Virus record (IMG/VR): IMGVR_UViG_3300029996_000144
DNA length: 36,590 nt
Reading direction: 5' to 3' (one strand)
Origin: a virus
Below the pieces are notes generated by a model. The model worked only from the letters and a program-made list of their open reading frames with translations. It had not been told where the DNA came from and did no database searches. This document shows positions 18,181 to 27,692 of this stretch, piece after piece. A program made the position numbers and the translations under genes. Position 1 is the first letter of the stretch, and each line of letters begins with the position of its first letter.

Positions 18181-20505
18181 CTATTCCTCCTTGATGTCGT
18201 CTCTTCTTTTCCAACATAGCATAACTCCGTATTGTGAGAACCGGCGCTTTTGTGTCGTCATTTCAAACATGCAGGTGCGCCGTATTGCCTCTGCAACTTT
18301 TCGACCGAGCGACGGCGACATATCCTTTCGCTCGTATTCGTAGAACTCACGAGCCACCTCGCTCGTGCAGATGTACTTCCGCGGCGTACCTGACCACAGC
18401 GCGCGATCGTTGTTCCAATACTGCCGGCGCTCGAAGATGCTGCGGTTGTCCCAGTCGTCCGGCACCGGCATGTTCAGGTATTCGACCAGCGACCCCTGCT
18501 CCGTGTCTTCGATCCGGTGCGCCTCACGCAGCTGGTTCACCTCACGCTCAGCCTCGGGCGACAGCACCGGCAGCATACCCTCTAAGTAGTAATGCACAGC
18601 TTCGGCCCAGTACTGGTCCACAAGGTCCAAGAAGGTCTCCGAGTGAATGTCGATGCGGATATGCTTCCGTTGACATACCAAGCCCCACCAGCGGCGCCCC
18701 TCTTCGGCCGGATCGTCCAAGAAAATCATGTCGTTTGATGAAGCGATGAACACGCACTGCCGCTTGTATGTCTTCGTATATTTCAGGTATGCGGCGCGGT
18801 ACCGATCCTCGCTTTTGGTGATAAACGCCTTTCGACCATTTGTACTGCGGCTCTGCACGCCTCGAAGCTCGGGGATCTCCATGATCCACACACCGCGGAG
18901 CTGCTCGTAGGCCTCCTTGCCGCCGTTGAACGTATAGAACGTGTCGCTGCCCCAGAGCTTCGCCATGCGGCGGATGAACTTCGACTTGCCTAAACCTTCC
19001 TCCGAGACCAGCACGGGGATATAGTCCATCTTGGCCGCAGGGATGAACACGCGGCGCACGGCTCCGACGAAAAACTTCACACCTACCTCGCGGGAATAGA
19101 GCGTATCCGGTACGCCGAAGCAATCGATGAAAATCCGCTCCAAGCGCTTCCTGCCGTCCCATTTCAGCGAGTTCAGGTAGTCGCGCACCGGATGAAAGGC
19201 GTTCCGGCTCTCGACGATGTTCAGCGCATCGTCCAGCACGGCACGGGCATTGAACCCGTAGGCCTCCTCGAAGTAGAGCCGCAGATAGCTCTCGTCCGTG
19301 TCGGTCATCTCGGCGTTCACCTCCAAATTCTTGCAGTCTTCGCTGTTGGGCCGTACATCGAAATTGCGCCAGAAGGGCGGCTTGCGCAAGACCGGCATCT
19401 CGGAGAACTGGTCGTATGCGAACACGCCGCGGAGCTTCGGGTCGTAGGTTAAAATGAGCTGCGCGTTTTTCAACGAGGGGAGCAGGTTGCCGTGTTTGTC
19501 GAGCTCCAACCGTTCGTTAAGAATCGCCTTAACGTCGTCATCGTCCATCTCGTCGATCGTCGCTCTGTGCGCCATACCTTCGTCGGGGCGGATGCCCAGC
19601 GATTCGCAGAGCTGAGCCATCGCCGCTTCGCCCTTCTTGCCCTCGCCGAACTTGTATAGCCGCACTGCATCGTATGCGTTGTGGCATCGTCCCAAGTACG
19701 GATCGGACGCATGATTCGAATAGAGGTATAAATTCTCGTAGATCACACCTCCGCCGAACGTCGAGGCGCCTACCAGTGTGTAGCGGCCATTCTTAGCCGG
19801 CTCCCATATCCCCTGCAAATACGTTTCGATAGCCTCACGGATAGGTACGCGCTTGCAGAAAGCTCCGATAATCCCGCGTTTCGTTAACGGGTTCTGCACC
19901 ATCACTTTCATCGGGACTGGGACGTCCGACAAATCTCGCCAGTCGTCGGGCCGGTTCAGCAGCTCCGAGACGCACAGCTCCGAGCCAGTCTGCGCTTCGA
20001 AAAAGTAGTCCGCGTCCTTCGGCACCGATGGCAGAAACATGATCCGGTTGAAGTCGAAGGTAGCGATGTCCAGCGGCAAGTGGAATTGATCGTAGAGCAC
20101 CCGCATGAGCGCACCGTACTCGTCGGCCACGACGATGCGATCCAGTGGCGCAATGACCCGATAGCGGGGTTTCTCCGGTGTCGAGCTGTGCGTCGAGTGA
20201 ATGAGGTACGAATGCCCGCTGAGCCACGCACGCAGAGCATTCAGAACCTCCGGCGACCCCTCGTCGATGTCCAATGCTATCAACTGTCGAAAACTTACCT
20301 TTCGTTTTACGGCCATACCGCCGATGAAAAACCCGACGTCCTTAATCTCCGTCTTCTGGGCTTTCGACAACTCGGCGTATTGCTTCATTGTCTCTTCGGT
20401 ATGGACGACCCTTCTGAACCGGTCCACGATCTCCTGCCATTCCCACCGGTATGGTGTCGTCGTCGTGTTCGTCCGCTTCGTTCCTAATGCAACTTCAAAA
20501 ACCAT
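18181..20505 (-). CDS. Primase-polymerase (PrimPol) / D5-VirE family SF3 helicase fusion.
   Basis: PrimPol DxD (LIALDIDEG) in the N-terminal part and a P-loop (VSEEGLGKSKF) in the C-terminal part. Start MVFEV at 20505 is adjacent to the polymerase stop. The longer GC-rich N-extension (to 20640) is probably not translated. Confidence 0.75.
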   Translation of the reverse strand: MVFEVALGTKRTNTTTTPYRWEWQEIVDRFRRVVHTEETMKQYAELSKAQKTEIKDVGFFIGGMAVKRKVSFRQLIALDIDEGSPEVLNALRAWLSGHSYLIHSTHSSTPEKPRYRVIAPLDRIVVADEYGALMRVLYDQFHLPLDIATFDFNRIMFLPSVPKDADYFFEAQTGSELCVSELLNRPDDWRDLSDVPVPMKVMVQNPLTKRGIIGAFCKRVPIREAIETYLQGIWEPAKNGRYTLVGASTFGGGVIYENLYLYSNHASDPYLGRCHNAYDAVRLYKFGEGKKGEAAMAQLCESLGIRPDEGMAHRATIDEMDDDDVKAILNERLELDKHGNLLPSLKNAQLILTYDPKLRGVFAYDQFSEMPVLRKPPFWRNFDVRPNSEDCKNLEVNAEMTDTDESYLRLYFEEAYGFNARAVLDDALNIVESRNAFHPVRDYLNSLKWDGRKRLERIFIDCFGVPDTLYSREVGVKFFVGAVRRVFIPAAKMDYIPVLVSEEGLGKSKFIRRMAKLWGSDTFYTFNGGKEAYEQLRGVWIMEIPELRGVQSRSTNGRKAFITKSEDRYRAAYLKYTKTYKRQCVFIASSNDMIFLDDPAEEGRRWWGLVCQRKHIRIDIHSETFLDLVDQYWAEAVHYYLEGMLPVLSPEAEREVNQLREAHRIEDTEQGSLVEYLNMPVPDDWDNRSIFERRQYWNNDRALWSGTPRKYICTSEVAREFYEYERKDMSPSLGRKVAEAIRRTCMFEMTTQKRRFSQYGVMLCWKRRDDIKEE

Positions 20506-20507
20506 TT

Positions 20508-22355
20508 TTATTTCATGTATCTTGAATCGATAAAACCATCGCCTTTGGTCAGCAGACCCTTCGCCCAACTCACCGGTGCCGACATCGCACGCAGCAGCAC
20601 GTCCAACGCCTCCGTATCCTCCGCACGCACCAAGTACCAAAGTTCGTCATGCACCGTGCCGATTAGCTGCATCTCTGGGTGAGAGCCTGCGATCGATCGC
20701 ATGATCTCCGCGAGAACGTCGCGGGCGATTCCCTGCACGATATTCTCCACCAGCACGCCGTGCCACAACTTCGTCATAACCGGCCCGCCGCCGCGCGAAT
20801 AGTCCGTATAGAACATGTCGTCGGCCGACTGAGTGTTAACGTTACGGTAGTACAAGAACCGACCCGACGGCAGCTGTATGCACGTCGTCGACCCGTCGTG
20901 CCTGAAAACGATCTTCGTACCCTGCGCTACGATCAACGGGTAGACGCCTGACCGCTGGCAGCGGAGGAAAGCATCGCCGATGGCGTACCACAACTGGCAT
21001 ATCTCGGGGTTCGCGCTGCGCCACCGCTGCACTGTTTCCTGCACTTTCTCCGCGCCGTTCTCGGCACAAAACTTAGGTGCGACGCGTTGCAACGCTCCCG
21101 CACCGCCGCCGAAGCCCAGTCCGAGCTCAGCGCATTTGCCCGTGTACCGGTAGGGGCTCGACTTGTCGACGTGCTCCAACCCAAACATACGTTCGGCCGA
21201 ACGAGAGTAAATGTCCTCGCCCGCAGCGAACGCCTGCATCCGCCACTTACAATTAGCCATCCACGCCGTGATGCGCGCCTCGATCTGCGAGAGGTCTGCA
21301 CAGACGAACCGGTAGCCGGACGGAGCATAGATGCACAGACGCATGTGCTGACGCAGGTGGTCATAGCTCTTCACACGCGACAGATCGGTCGACACCTCGT
21401 CGGCGATGCGGGCAAAATTTTGGAGTTGCACGCCGCGACTGCTCCACCGTCCGGTATGCGCACCGTACCCAACGAACTCGCCGTGCAGGCGGCCATCCGC
21501 ACAGATGCGTGTCTGCGCCGTCTTGATCTTAGCGAATGCAGACCCTGTGGCCTCGTCGCGCAGCTCCAACAGCTCGTGCTGTATGTCGCCCCGCTCCTTC
21601 TTATTGAGCGACGCAAGCCGCACGCCCTCCCGCTGCAACGCCTCCATTACCTGCTTCGTCGACCGAAGATTCTCGACCCCGTACTTATCCAACGCTATTC
21701 TGCCCGCACGTTCGGCGTACCCGTCAGCCAGCGACTGAACCTGCCGAGCGAACTCGATGTCGAACGGTACGCCGTTGCGGTTCATCTCAAAGGTAAGCCG
21801 CATGATCTTACATTCGAACTCCGGCAATGCAAGCATCTTTTTGTAGCACTCACGCATAACCGCGACGTCGGTGGCCGCGTATGATTCGAAACGAGCGGCC
21901 TCAGCGGGGAAATCCTCCATTTCGTTCCATACCACGAGGTCCCTGCGCTTCGGCGTCCGCACGGGCTGCGTGAAAAAATACATCTCTTCGGTCGAAGCCT
22001 TGCGGTGCGTATGCAGCACGTCGGCTAAGGCGCTCAACTTACGGGGCCAGCCGAAATATGCCGCCTGGTAGGCCGTATCGTGCCACATGTCGAACCCCGA
22101 CGGACAACCCAGTACGAACTCCGCGATCGCATGGTCGAACTCCGCATTATGCGCAATCTTTAACACCTCGGAGCTCTGGATCGCTGCGAACACCTCGTCG
22201 GGCAGATCGCGCGAGACCCGCACCGGCTCGTCATCGAATGCATAGGCGATAAGCAGCATCTGTGTCGACTCGTGCTGCGCATACCGGTATGTCCCGCACG
22301 TAGCCAGATCGAGACCGCTCCGCGTTTCAAAGTCTAAATATAAGATTTTTTTCAT
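20508..22355 (-). CDS. Family A DNA polymerase with 3'-5' exonuclease.
   Basis: Exo I YLDFETRS, motif B R..YTGKCAELGLGFGGG, motif C VHDE. Start preferred at MKKILYLDFE (22355). Alternative start at 22394. Confidence 0.85.
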   Translation of the reverse strand: MKKILYLDFETRSGLDLATCGTYRYAQHESTQMLLIAYAFDDEPVRVSRDLPDEVFAAIQSSEVLKIAHNAEFDHAIAEFVLGCPSGFDMWHDTAYQAAYFGWPRKLSALADVLHTHRKASTEEMYFFTQPVRTPKRRDLVVWNEMEDFPAEAARFESYAATDVAVMRECYKKMLALPEFECKIMRLTFEMNRNGVPFDIEFARQVQSLADGYAERAGRIALDKYGVENLRSTKQVMEALQREGVRLASLNKKERGDIQHELLELRDEATGSAFAKIKTAQTRICADGRLHGEFVGYGAHTGRWSSRGVQLQNFARIADEVSTDLSRVKSYDHLRQHMRLCIYAPSGYRFVCADLSQIEARITAWMANCKWRMQAFAAGEDIYSRSAERMFGLEHVDKSSPYRYTGKCAELGLGFGGGAGALQRVAPKFCAENGAEKVQETVQRWRSANPEICQLWYAIGDAFLRCQRSGVYPLIVAQGTKIVFRHDGSTTCIQLPSGRFLYYRNVNTQSADDMFYTDYSRGGGPVMTKLWHGVLVENIVQGIARDVLAEIMRSIAGSHPEMQLIGTVHDELWYLVRAEDTEALDVLLRAMSAPVSWAKGLLTKGDGFIDSRYMK

Positions 22356-22376
22356 ACAAAACAGCTTTTGTTTCGT

Positions 22377-22406
22377 GGCATAGCAGGCGGTCAAACCTGC
22401 TATGCC
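22377..22406 (-). promoter_or_regulatory. Stable stem-loop in the 5' leader of the DNA polymerase gene.
   Basis: ggcatagcagg-N8-cctgctatgcc, a perfect 11-bp stem lying 22-51 nt upstream of the MKKIL start on the minus-strand transcript. Confidence 0.4.
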
Positions 22407-22479
22407 TTTGCGCCTGCTTCAACGAGTGTCAACGATTAATAATTATTGCCTGCATCGGCGCTCATGCAGTTAGTGCGAT

Positions 22480-23076
22480 CTATTCGTAGTCCGTAGGCGT
22501 GATATAAGAATCGACGTCGGTCGGCATGCCTGCGATGCGCTGGCCCTCTTTCGCACGCATGACCGCATGCACGTTGCATCCGATGCCCTGCGCGACTCTG
22601 TTGTAGGCCCAGAAGGATATGTTAGCGAAAATATAGTCGCCATCGTGGAGCTCCTCATCGGAAATATGTTCGACTGCAAGCCCAGGCATGGGCACTCCAT
22701 TGAGGATGACACGCTTCTGCAAGTCCGTAACGATCGGACGGAAGTCGCCGGACTTGCAGTTAAGAATCATGTATCCGCGGAACATGTCCTTGCCGTTCTG
22801 CGTGTCGGCCAGCTTGTCACCGTCGATCAGACAGTTGTTTTTCGGGTTGATCGCATCAGGCGTTTTGCCGGTGAATTTCATGGTTTGCAGCTCACGAAAG
22901 GCTTCCATAAAGGCCTCTTCGATCTGTGCGATCTTCTGTTTATCGTCCTTCGGAACGAGAATCCACGCCCCGTACTTCGGCGTACCGTCCGTACCTTTGG
23001 GTGCACGCTTTTCGAAAAGTCCTGCGGGGTAAACGATGCGGCACGTAGGCGCACCTTTAATCATAAAGTTTTTCAT
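22480..23076 (-). CDS. DUF2815-family phage single-stranded DNA-binding-like protein.
   Basis: N-terminal KGAPTCRIVYPAGLFEKRAPKG...KYGAWILVPKDD matches the DUF2815 signature. Pairs with the MBL gene and the polymerase, as in many phage replication modules. Confidence 0.65.
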   Translation of the reverse strand: MKNFMIKGAPTCRIVYPAGLFEKRAPKGTDGTPKYGAWILVPKDDKQKIAQIEEAFMEAFRELQTMKFTGKTPDAINPKNNCLIDGDKLADTQNGKDMFRGYMILNCKSGDFRPIVTDLQKRVILNGVPMPGLAVEHISDEELHDGDYIFANISFWAYNRVAQGIGCNVHAVMRAKEGQRIAGMPTDVDSYITPTDYE

Positions 23077-23082
23077 AAAGTT

Positions 23083-23802
23083 TTAATTAAATGGGTTTAT
23101 AATGGTTGCAATTTTGCATAACTCATCGATCGCATCGGGGTGCCAACTGTAATAATAGGAGCTTTTATGCAACAAATAGGTCGGTGTCGGACACGGGTTC
23201 TGCGGCGTGAAGCCGGCATCGCGGAACAGCTGAATCAGATAATGCACGTTGCAATGGTTCATGAACGACTTTCGGCGGTGAAACCCATCTTTTGCCGGAT
23301 CTCCGAAATATACGTCGTCGAAATCCGCCACACACAAAGTGTTGTTACACTCTATGTACAAAGCATCGAACGCTCCCGCACGCAGCATCGAAACGATGCG
23401 ATCACGCTGCACGATCTCGCGGAAATCCGTGGCATAGAATATCCGCTCCCGTTCGTCCTTCTCGACGATATACCCCACGCACGGGGCATCGTGAACCAAG
23501 TCAACCGTGTCTAACCGGTAAACCGAGCCGTTACGATCGAAACGCAGCTCCCTGTCGATCTCACCTACCGGTAGGTATGGGAAGGGTCGCAATAGGAACT
23601 CCTTCGTTTTCGGCATGCAGAAGATCGAGAAGCCCACCAGATCGGGCAAGCATTTCGTGTGGTCTGTGTGGTGGTGCGTAAGCACTACGACCGTTTCGGC
23701 CCCGAGTGGCTTATTGATCGGGTAGCCTGCATCGATAACCAACCAATCATCGATGATCGTACAGTTACCCGACGAGCCGCTATGTAAAATTTGTACCTTC
23801 AT
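23083..23802 (-). CDS. Metallo-beta-lactamase-fold hydrolase.
   Basis: HxHxDH motif (VLTHHHTDHTK) plus downstream Asp/His ligands. Confidence 0.7.
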   Translation of the reverse strand: MKVQILHSGSSGNCTIIDDWLVIDAGYPINKPLGAETVVVLTHHHTDHTKCLPDLVGFSIFCMPKTKEFLLRPFPYLPVGEIDRELRFDRNGSVYRLDTVDLVHDAPCVGYIVEKDERERIFYATDFREIVQRDRIVSMLRAGAFDALYIECNNTLCVADFDDVYFGDPAKDGFHRRKSFMNHCNVHYLIQLFRDAGFTPQNPCPTPTYLLHKSSYYYSWHPDAIDELCKIATIINPFN

Positions 23803-23993
23803 CTCGCATCGAAATAATTTACGTCATAATGTTCACGCTCTTCGGCGTTCAGCCGGTCGTAGCAATCCCAGCACACGCACGGATAACCCACCATTTGAAC
23901 AAACGGCCGCCCGCACAAGGCACAGCATACCCCGAGGTTTATATCCTCGGCGATCGTGTTTAAAATGTACTCAGGCTCCATGAAACAATCCAC
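23799..23993 (-). CDS. Small zinc-ribbon protein.
   Basis: Two CxxC pairs (CCALCG ... CVCWDC). Confidence 0.45.
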   Translation of the reverse strand: MDCFMEPEYILNTIAEDINLGVCCALCGRPFVQMVGYPCVCWDCYDRLNAEEREHYDVNYFDAR

Positions 23994-24174
23994 TTAAAAG
24001 CACCGGCAAAAAGAACACCGCAAAAAACACTATGTATACAATGGCTATTTCTATTATCGCGACAGCGGCGATGCGAACCCACTTCGATTTTTGTAACTTG
24101 TTCATAGTAAATGCTTTATAACAATTACGGCTACGCAGGCCAGTCAAACCAAAATATACCACACGGCAAGCCAC
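23971..24174 (-). CDS. Small membrane protein. Possibly starts at the MNKLQ ATG (24105).
   Basis: One strong TM helix (IAAVAIIEIAIVYIVFFAVFFLPVLL). Confidence 0.4.
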   Translation of the reverse strand: MACRVVYFGLTGLRSRNCYKAFTMNKLQKSKWVRIAAVAIIEIAIVYIVFFAVFFLPVLLSGLFHGA

Positions 24175-24214
24175 GCGCTGACGCGCTCGTCGTCTTCATC
24201 ATAGATACGCATAG

Positions 24215-24448
24215 CTACTTGATCGATTGTACCGGCACCTCGAACAGCTGCCCGAAAATGTTCAACAATATCGTAGAATCCGGCCGCAATATGATCGTCG
24301 TATTTTGGAGAAATGCGTCATACATCGCCAGACCCTTTAAAAGTTCTTGCTCTTGGCTTGACATAAGCGCTAACCCGTATTTGTCGAAATCCTCGTACAC
24401 ATCGCCGCGCGTACGGAAAAAATCGCACCACTCACGGCATTGTTTCAA
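24215..24448 (-). CDS. Hypothetical protein (77 aa).
   Basis: ORF in the early operon. No motif recognised. Confidence 0.35.
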   Translation of the reverse strand: MKQCREWCDFFRTRGDVYEDFDKYGLALMSSQEQELLKGLAMYDAFLQNTTIILRPDSTILLNIFGQLFEVPVQSIK

Positions 24449-24455
24449 ACTGTCC

Positions 24456-24611
24456 CTATACGAATTGATCGCATTTATCTGTGCCCCTACGAGAGTACGG
24501 CATATTATCGCCGTACTCTCGTATCTTTGCTACTCGATGATGCTCATATACGGCACCAGCCCCGATGACCAGACCGAACACGACAACCGAAATAATTTGC
24601 TTCGCTTTCAT
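24456..24611 (-). CDS. Small single-pass membrane protein (51 aa).
   Basis: Start at the ATG at 24611, just after the upstream stop. TM helix IISVVVFGLVIGAGAVY. Confidence 0.4.
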   Translation of the reverse strand: MKAKQIISVVVFGLVIGAGAVYEHHRVAKIREYGDNMPYSRRGTDKCDQFV

Positions 24612-24624
24612 GATCCCGCACGTA

Positions 24625-25095
24625 TTACGCAATGAAACAACCCTTTGACTTTTGAAGACTGCGCAGCGAGAATACCCGCTCCGGCTCCACCTGGCAAACA
24701 GCCCGCAGCAATTTCGCCTCGTATGTCTCACTTACAAAGCCCAGCGCGGGCAAAATATACTCCGCCTCGATCCTCCCGTCGACGTCGTACATATCCAGCA
24801 GCTGCAAGATGCGCGGTTGCTGCTGGACAGCGCTGCGCAAGACCGCACCGGCAAATGATCTTACGAACTTGGATACGACCGCTGCGGCGGCCTCCTTGCA
24901 CTCCATCTGCGCCATTTCGTAATTGTCGGAAAAAAGCGACTGCGCGCCCAATATGCAATTATCGACGAGCCGGAAGGGTAGACTATCGAACGACTTACCC
25001 CCGTTAGCGTAGGCGATAGTCAGAACGTCCGCGCAAAAGAACTCCCGCACGTACCGTTCGCGTGCATCTCTCAAATCTGTATCCAGCCATTTCAT
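24625..25095 (-). CDS. Hypothetical protein (156 aa).
   Basis: ORF in the early operon. No motif recognised. Confidence 0.45.
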   Translation of the reverse strand: MKWLDTDLRDARERYVREFFCADVLTIAYANGGKSFDSLPFRLVDNCILGAQSLFSDNYEMAQMECKEAAAAVVSKFVRSFAGAVLRSAVQQQPRILQLLDMYDVDGRIEAEYILPALGFVSETYEAKLLRAVCQVEPERVFSLRSLQKSKGCFIA

Positions 25096-25203
25096 AGCAT
25101 TGAAAATTTTTAAATCGGGACATTATCGCCCTTTGGGGTTAGGCGCGGTGTCGCTCCGCGCGGCATACCTGTGTATGCCCCGTGCCTCCGGCTAACCCGT
25201 TAT

Positions 25204-25678
<475 letters not shown>

Positions 25679-26827
25679 TTATTGCAACACCGAAAATCTA
25701 ATGATATTCGGCCATTGTTCGAAAGTATTTTGCACGCTCTCGGCGTTGTCTACGATGATAGGCACGAGGTCGTCCGCACCAGCTGCCGCACGAGCTTTCG
25801 CCAGCATCTCGACCGACAAAGCGACCCGCTGCGCGTGGTTCACGCTCCGAAGCGGCACCCCGCCTACCGTTATCTGGTACGTCCCGCGCTCCGTCACATC
25901 GAGCGCTACACCCTCGGGAAGGGCCAGCGGCTGCGGGCCGAGCGCCTCGGTTATCTGCTGCTCTACCCGCACGATCTCGGCCCGCAGCCGCTGGTAATCC
26001 GCACGTGCCGTCGCGGCTCTCGTCCGCACCAGCTGGGCCGCGCGCCTCTGCTCCTGCTCCTGCGTGTACGCCTCGTTTTTGGCCCGTATCCGCTCGATCT
26101 CGGCGTTCGTCGCTTTGTCGCATACGAACGTTACCGCACGTTTGTAACGCTCCAAATTCCGCCGTATCTCGGCCTCTGAAAGCGCATGCCCACATGCGGG
26201 GCAATGGCTCTGCGGCTTGCTTGCTGCGTCCCGCGCCTCGGCCTCGTACCTCCGTTCGAAAAGCCGCTCTGCCTCCGTCAGCTCGGGGCACTGGGGCGGC
26301 GCCTCGGGCGGCAGCGTGATCGCCGCGGCAGCCTCCGCACGTCGACAGCCCGAGAGCAGCGCCAGGCGCCGCCGCCGCAGCTCGTCGACGGCCGACGACT
26401 CGATGACACCGGCCCGCGAAAGCAGCATACGCACCTGCTCGGCCTTCAAGTCCGGTGACGCTAGCACGCCGGTGTCGGCGCATGCCTCGACGAGCTCGAT
26501 AGGTATACCGCGTTCGTTTAGGAACTGCTCGAACGCTTTTTGCGTGGTCACGTCGCCGTCGACGTAGAGCGTCGTCCGCCCCTCGTCATAGACGCGGCGC
26601 AGCGTCGCGCCGGCGAAGCCTCGCACCGTTACGCTGGTCTGTCGGCTCGCCGGAGCACCGACGCGGCGCACTTCGAAACCCGAGGGTGCACGACCCGTAA
26701 GGGCGAACCGGTAGGCGTTCAGCAGCGAGGTTTTGCCCCAGCCGTTAGGCCGCGCCTGGCTCGTCAGCGTCGCCGCATGATCCACCCACGGGCCGAACTC
26801 AATACATAAGATCTCAATCATAAGCAA
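25679..26827 (-). CDS. Mini Rad50/SbcC-like SMC ATPase with a central CxxC zinc hook.
   Basis: N-terminal Walker A ARPNGWGKTSLLNAYRFALTG (SbcC/RecF type). Central CPACG between two Glu/Arg/Ala-rich coiled-coil-like segments. C-terminal degenerate signature plus Walker B LVPIIVDNAE. Confidence 0.7.
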   Translation of the reverse strand: MLMIEILCIEFGPWVDHAATLTSQARPNGWGKTSLLNAYRFALTGRAPSGFEVRRVGAPASRQTSVTVRGFAGATLRRVYDEGRTTLYVDGDVTTQKAFEQFLNERGIPIELVEACADTGVLASPDLKAEQVRMLLSRAGVIESSAVDELRRRRLALLSGCRRAEAAAAITLPPEAPPQCPELTEAERLFERRYEAEARDAASKPQSHCPACGHALSEAEIRRNLERYKRAVTFVCDKATNAEIERIRAKNEAYTQEQEQRRAAQLVRTRAATARADYQRLRAEIVRVEQQITEALGPQPLALPEGVALDVTERGTYQITVGGVPLRSVNHAQRVALSVEMLAKARAAAGADDLVPIIVDNAESVQNTFEQWPNIIRFSVLQ

Positions 26828-26833
26828 ACTAGG

Positions 26834-27232
26834 CTAAGGTATTTCGAATCGTTCGACGATATCCCGCGCCGCCTCGAAATCGCGGGACAGCTGTTCGCGG
26901 GCCTCGCAGGCTCTCGATAAAACGGCTTGCGCCGTCTCGATCTGCCGCCGCAGTTCGGCGTCCTGCTCTTCGAAGGAGCAGAGGAGCGCCGCGGCACGTT
27001 TCGCCGCGATCTCGTCCGCTGCGTCTGCGGGCAATTCATCGTCCGGTACGACGCACCGGATCAAAGCCAAACCATCAACCGCACTGCGGAAAAACTCCCC
27101 TGTGCTCGGGCTGAAATATATGCCCTCCATGCTCGGAAGGCGCGACCGCAGCCGCAGTATTATCTCGGCCTTCCCTTTGAGCCCGATCGGGGTCCCCGCA
27201 GCTTCGCACGGGGCGTCATGCTTTCGTACCAT
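26834..27232 (-). CDS. Hypothetical protein.
   Basis: Start taken at MVRKHD (27232), 1 nt after the upstream stop. Longer alternatives reach 27247/27280. Confidence 0.4.
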   Translation of the reverse strand: MVRKHDAPCEAAGTPIGLKGKAEIILRLRSRLPSMEGIYFSPSTGEFFRSAVDGLALIRCVVPDDELPADAADEIAAKRAAALLCSFEEQDAELRRQIETAQAVLSRACEAREQLSRDFEAARDIVERFEIP

Positions 27233-27233
27233 G

Positions 27234-27692
27234 TCAAAACCCTTCATGATCCTCCAATAAACGGCGGCCCACTGATGCAATGATCGAATATGCGCGCCGC
27301 AGCGCTGCGCCTTCGATGCTGATGAGCGTGTGACCGCTGACGGGGCAGCGGTAGCTACTGTCTGCGCGCCTCGACCGTTTCACGACCGAAGGCGGGAACA
27401 GCCGTTCTATAATGCTCCCGTCGTAGATCTGCGCGGCGGCGCACGCACCTGCCGCGTACTCATACCACGAGGATGCGCCATTCAGGAAGGTCTCTTCAGT
27501 CGGGGCGGACACGAGTCCGTCCTCGTGGATGCAGCCGGCTACATCCGAAGCGTACCAATCGACCAGATCGGCGGCGTAGGCCGCAATACCGCGGTCCCAT
27601 GTGCTGCGGGTATTTGCTTCGAAACGTTCGATGCGCTTGCGGGCCTCGTTAACAAACTGCTGTGCCTCTTCGGCGGTAATGTGCTTTTTCAT
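27234..27692 (-). CDS. Hypothetical protein (152 aa), first gene of the early arm.
   Basis: ORF directly abutting the control region. No motif recognised. Confidence 0.45.
   Translation of the reverse strand: MKKHITAEEAQQFVNEARKRIERFEANTRSTWDRGIAAYAADLVDWYASDVAGCIHEDGLVSAPTEETFLNGASSWYEYAAGACAAAQIYDGSIIERLFPPSVVKRSRRADSSYRCPVSGHTLISIEGAALRRAYSIIASVGRRLLEDHEGF

Noticed and set aside
18181-20640. Long N-terminal extension of the primase-helicase ORF (MVLGACGGYGGVG...).
   Set aside because: It is Gly/Ala/Arg-rich junk-like sequence that overlaps the polymerase gene end. The internal ATG at 20505 abuts the polymerase stop and is the likely start.
24111-24635. 174-aa plus-strand ORF in the early arm.
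   Set aside because: It overlaps three tightly packed minus-strand genes and runs opposite to the arm's transcription direction.
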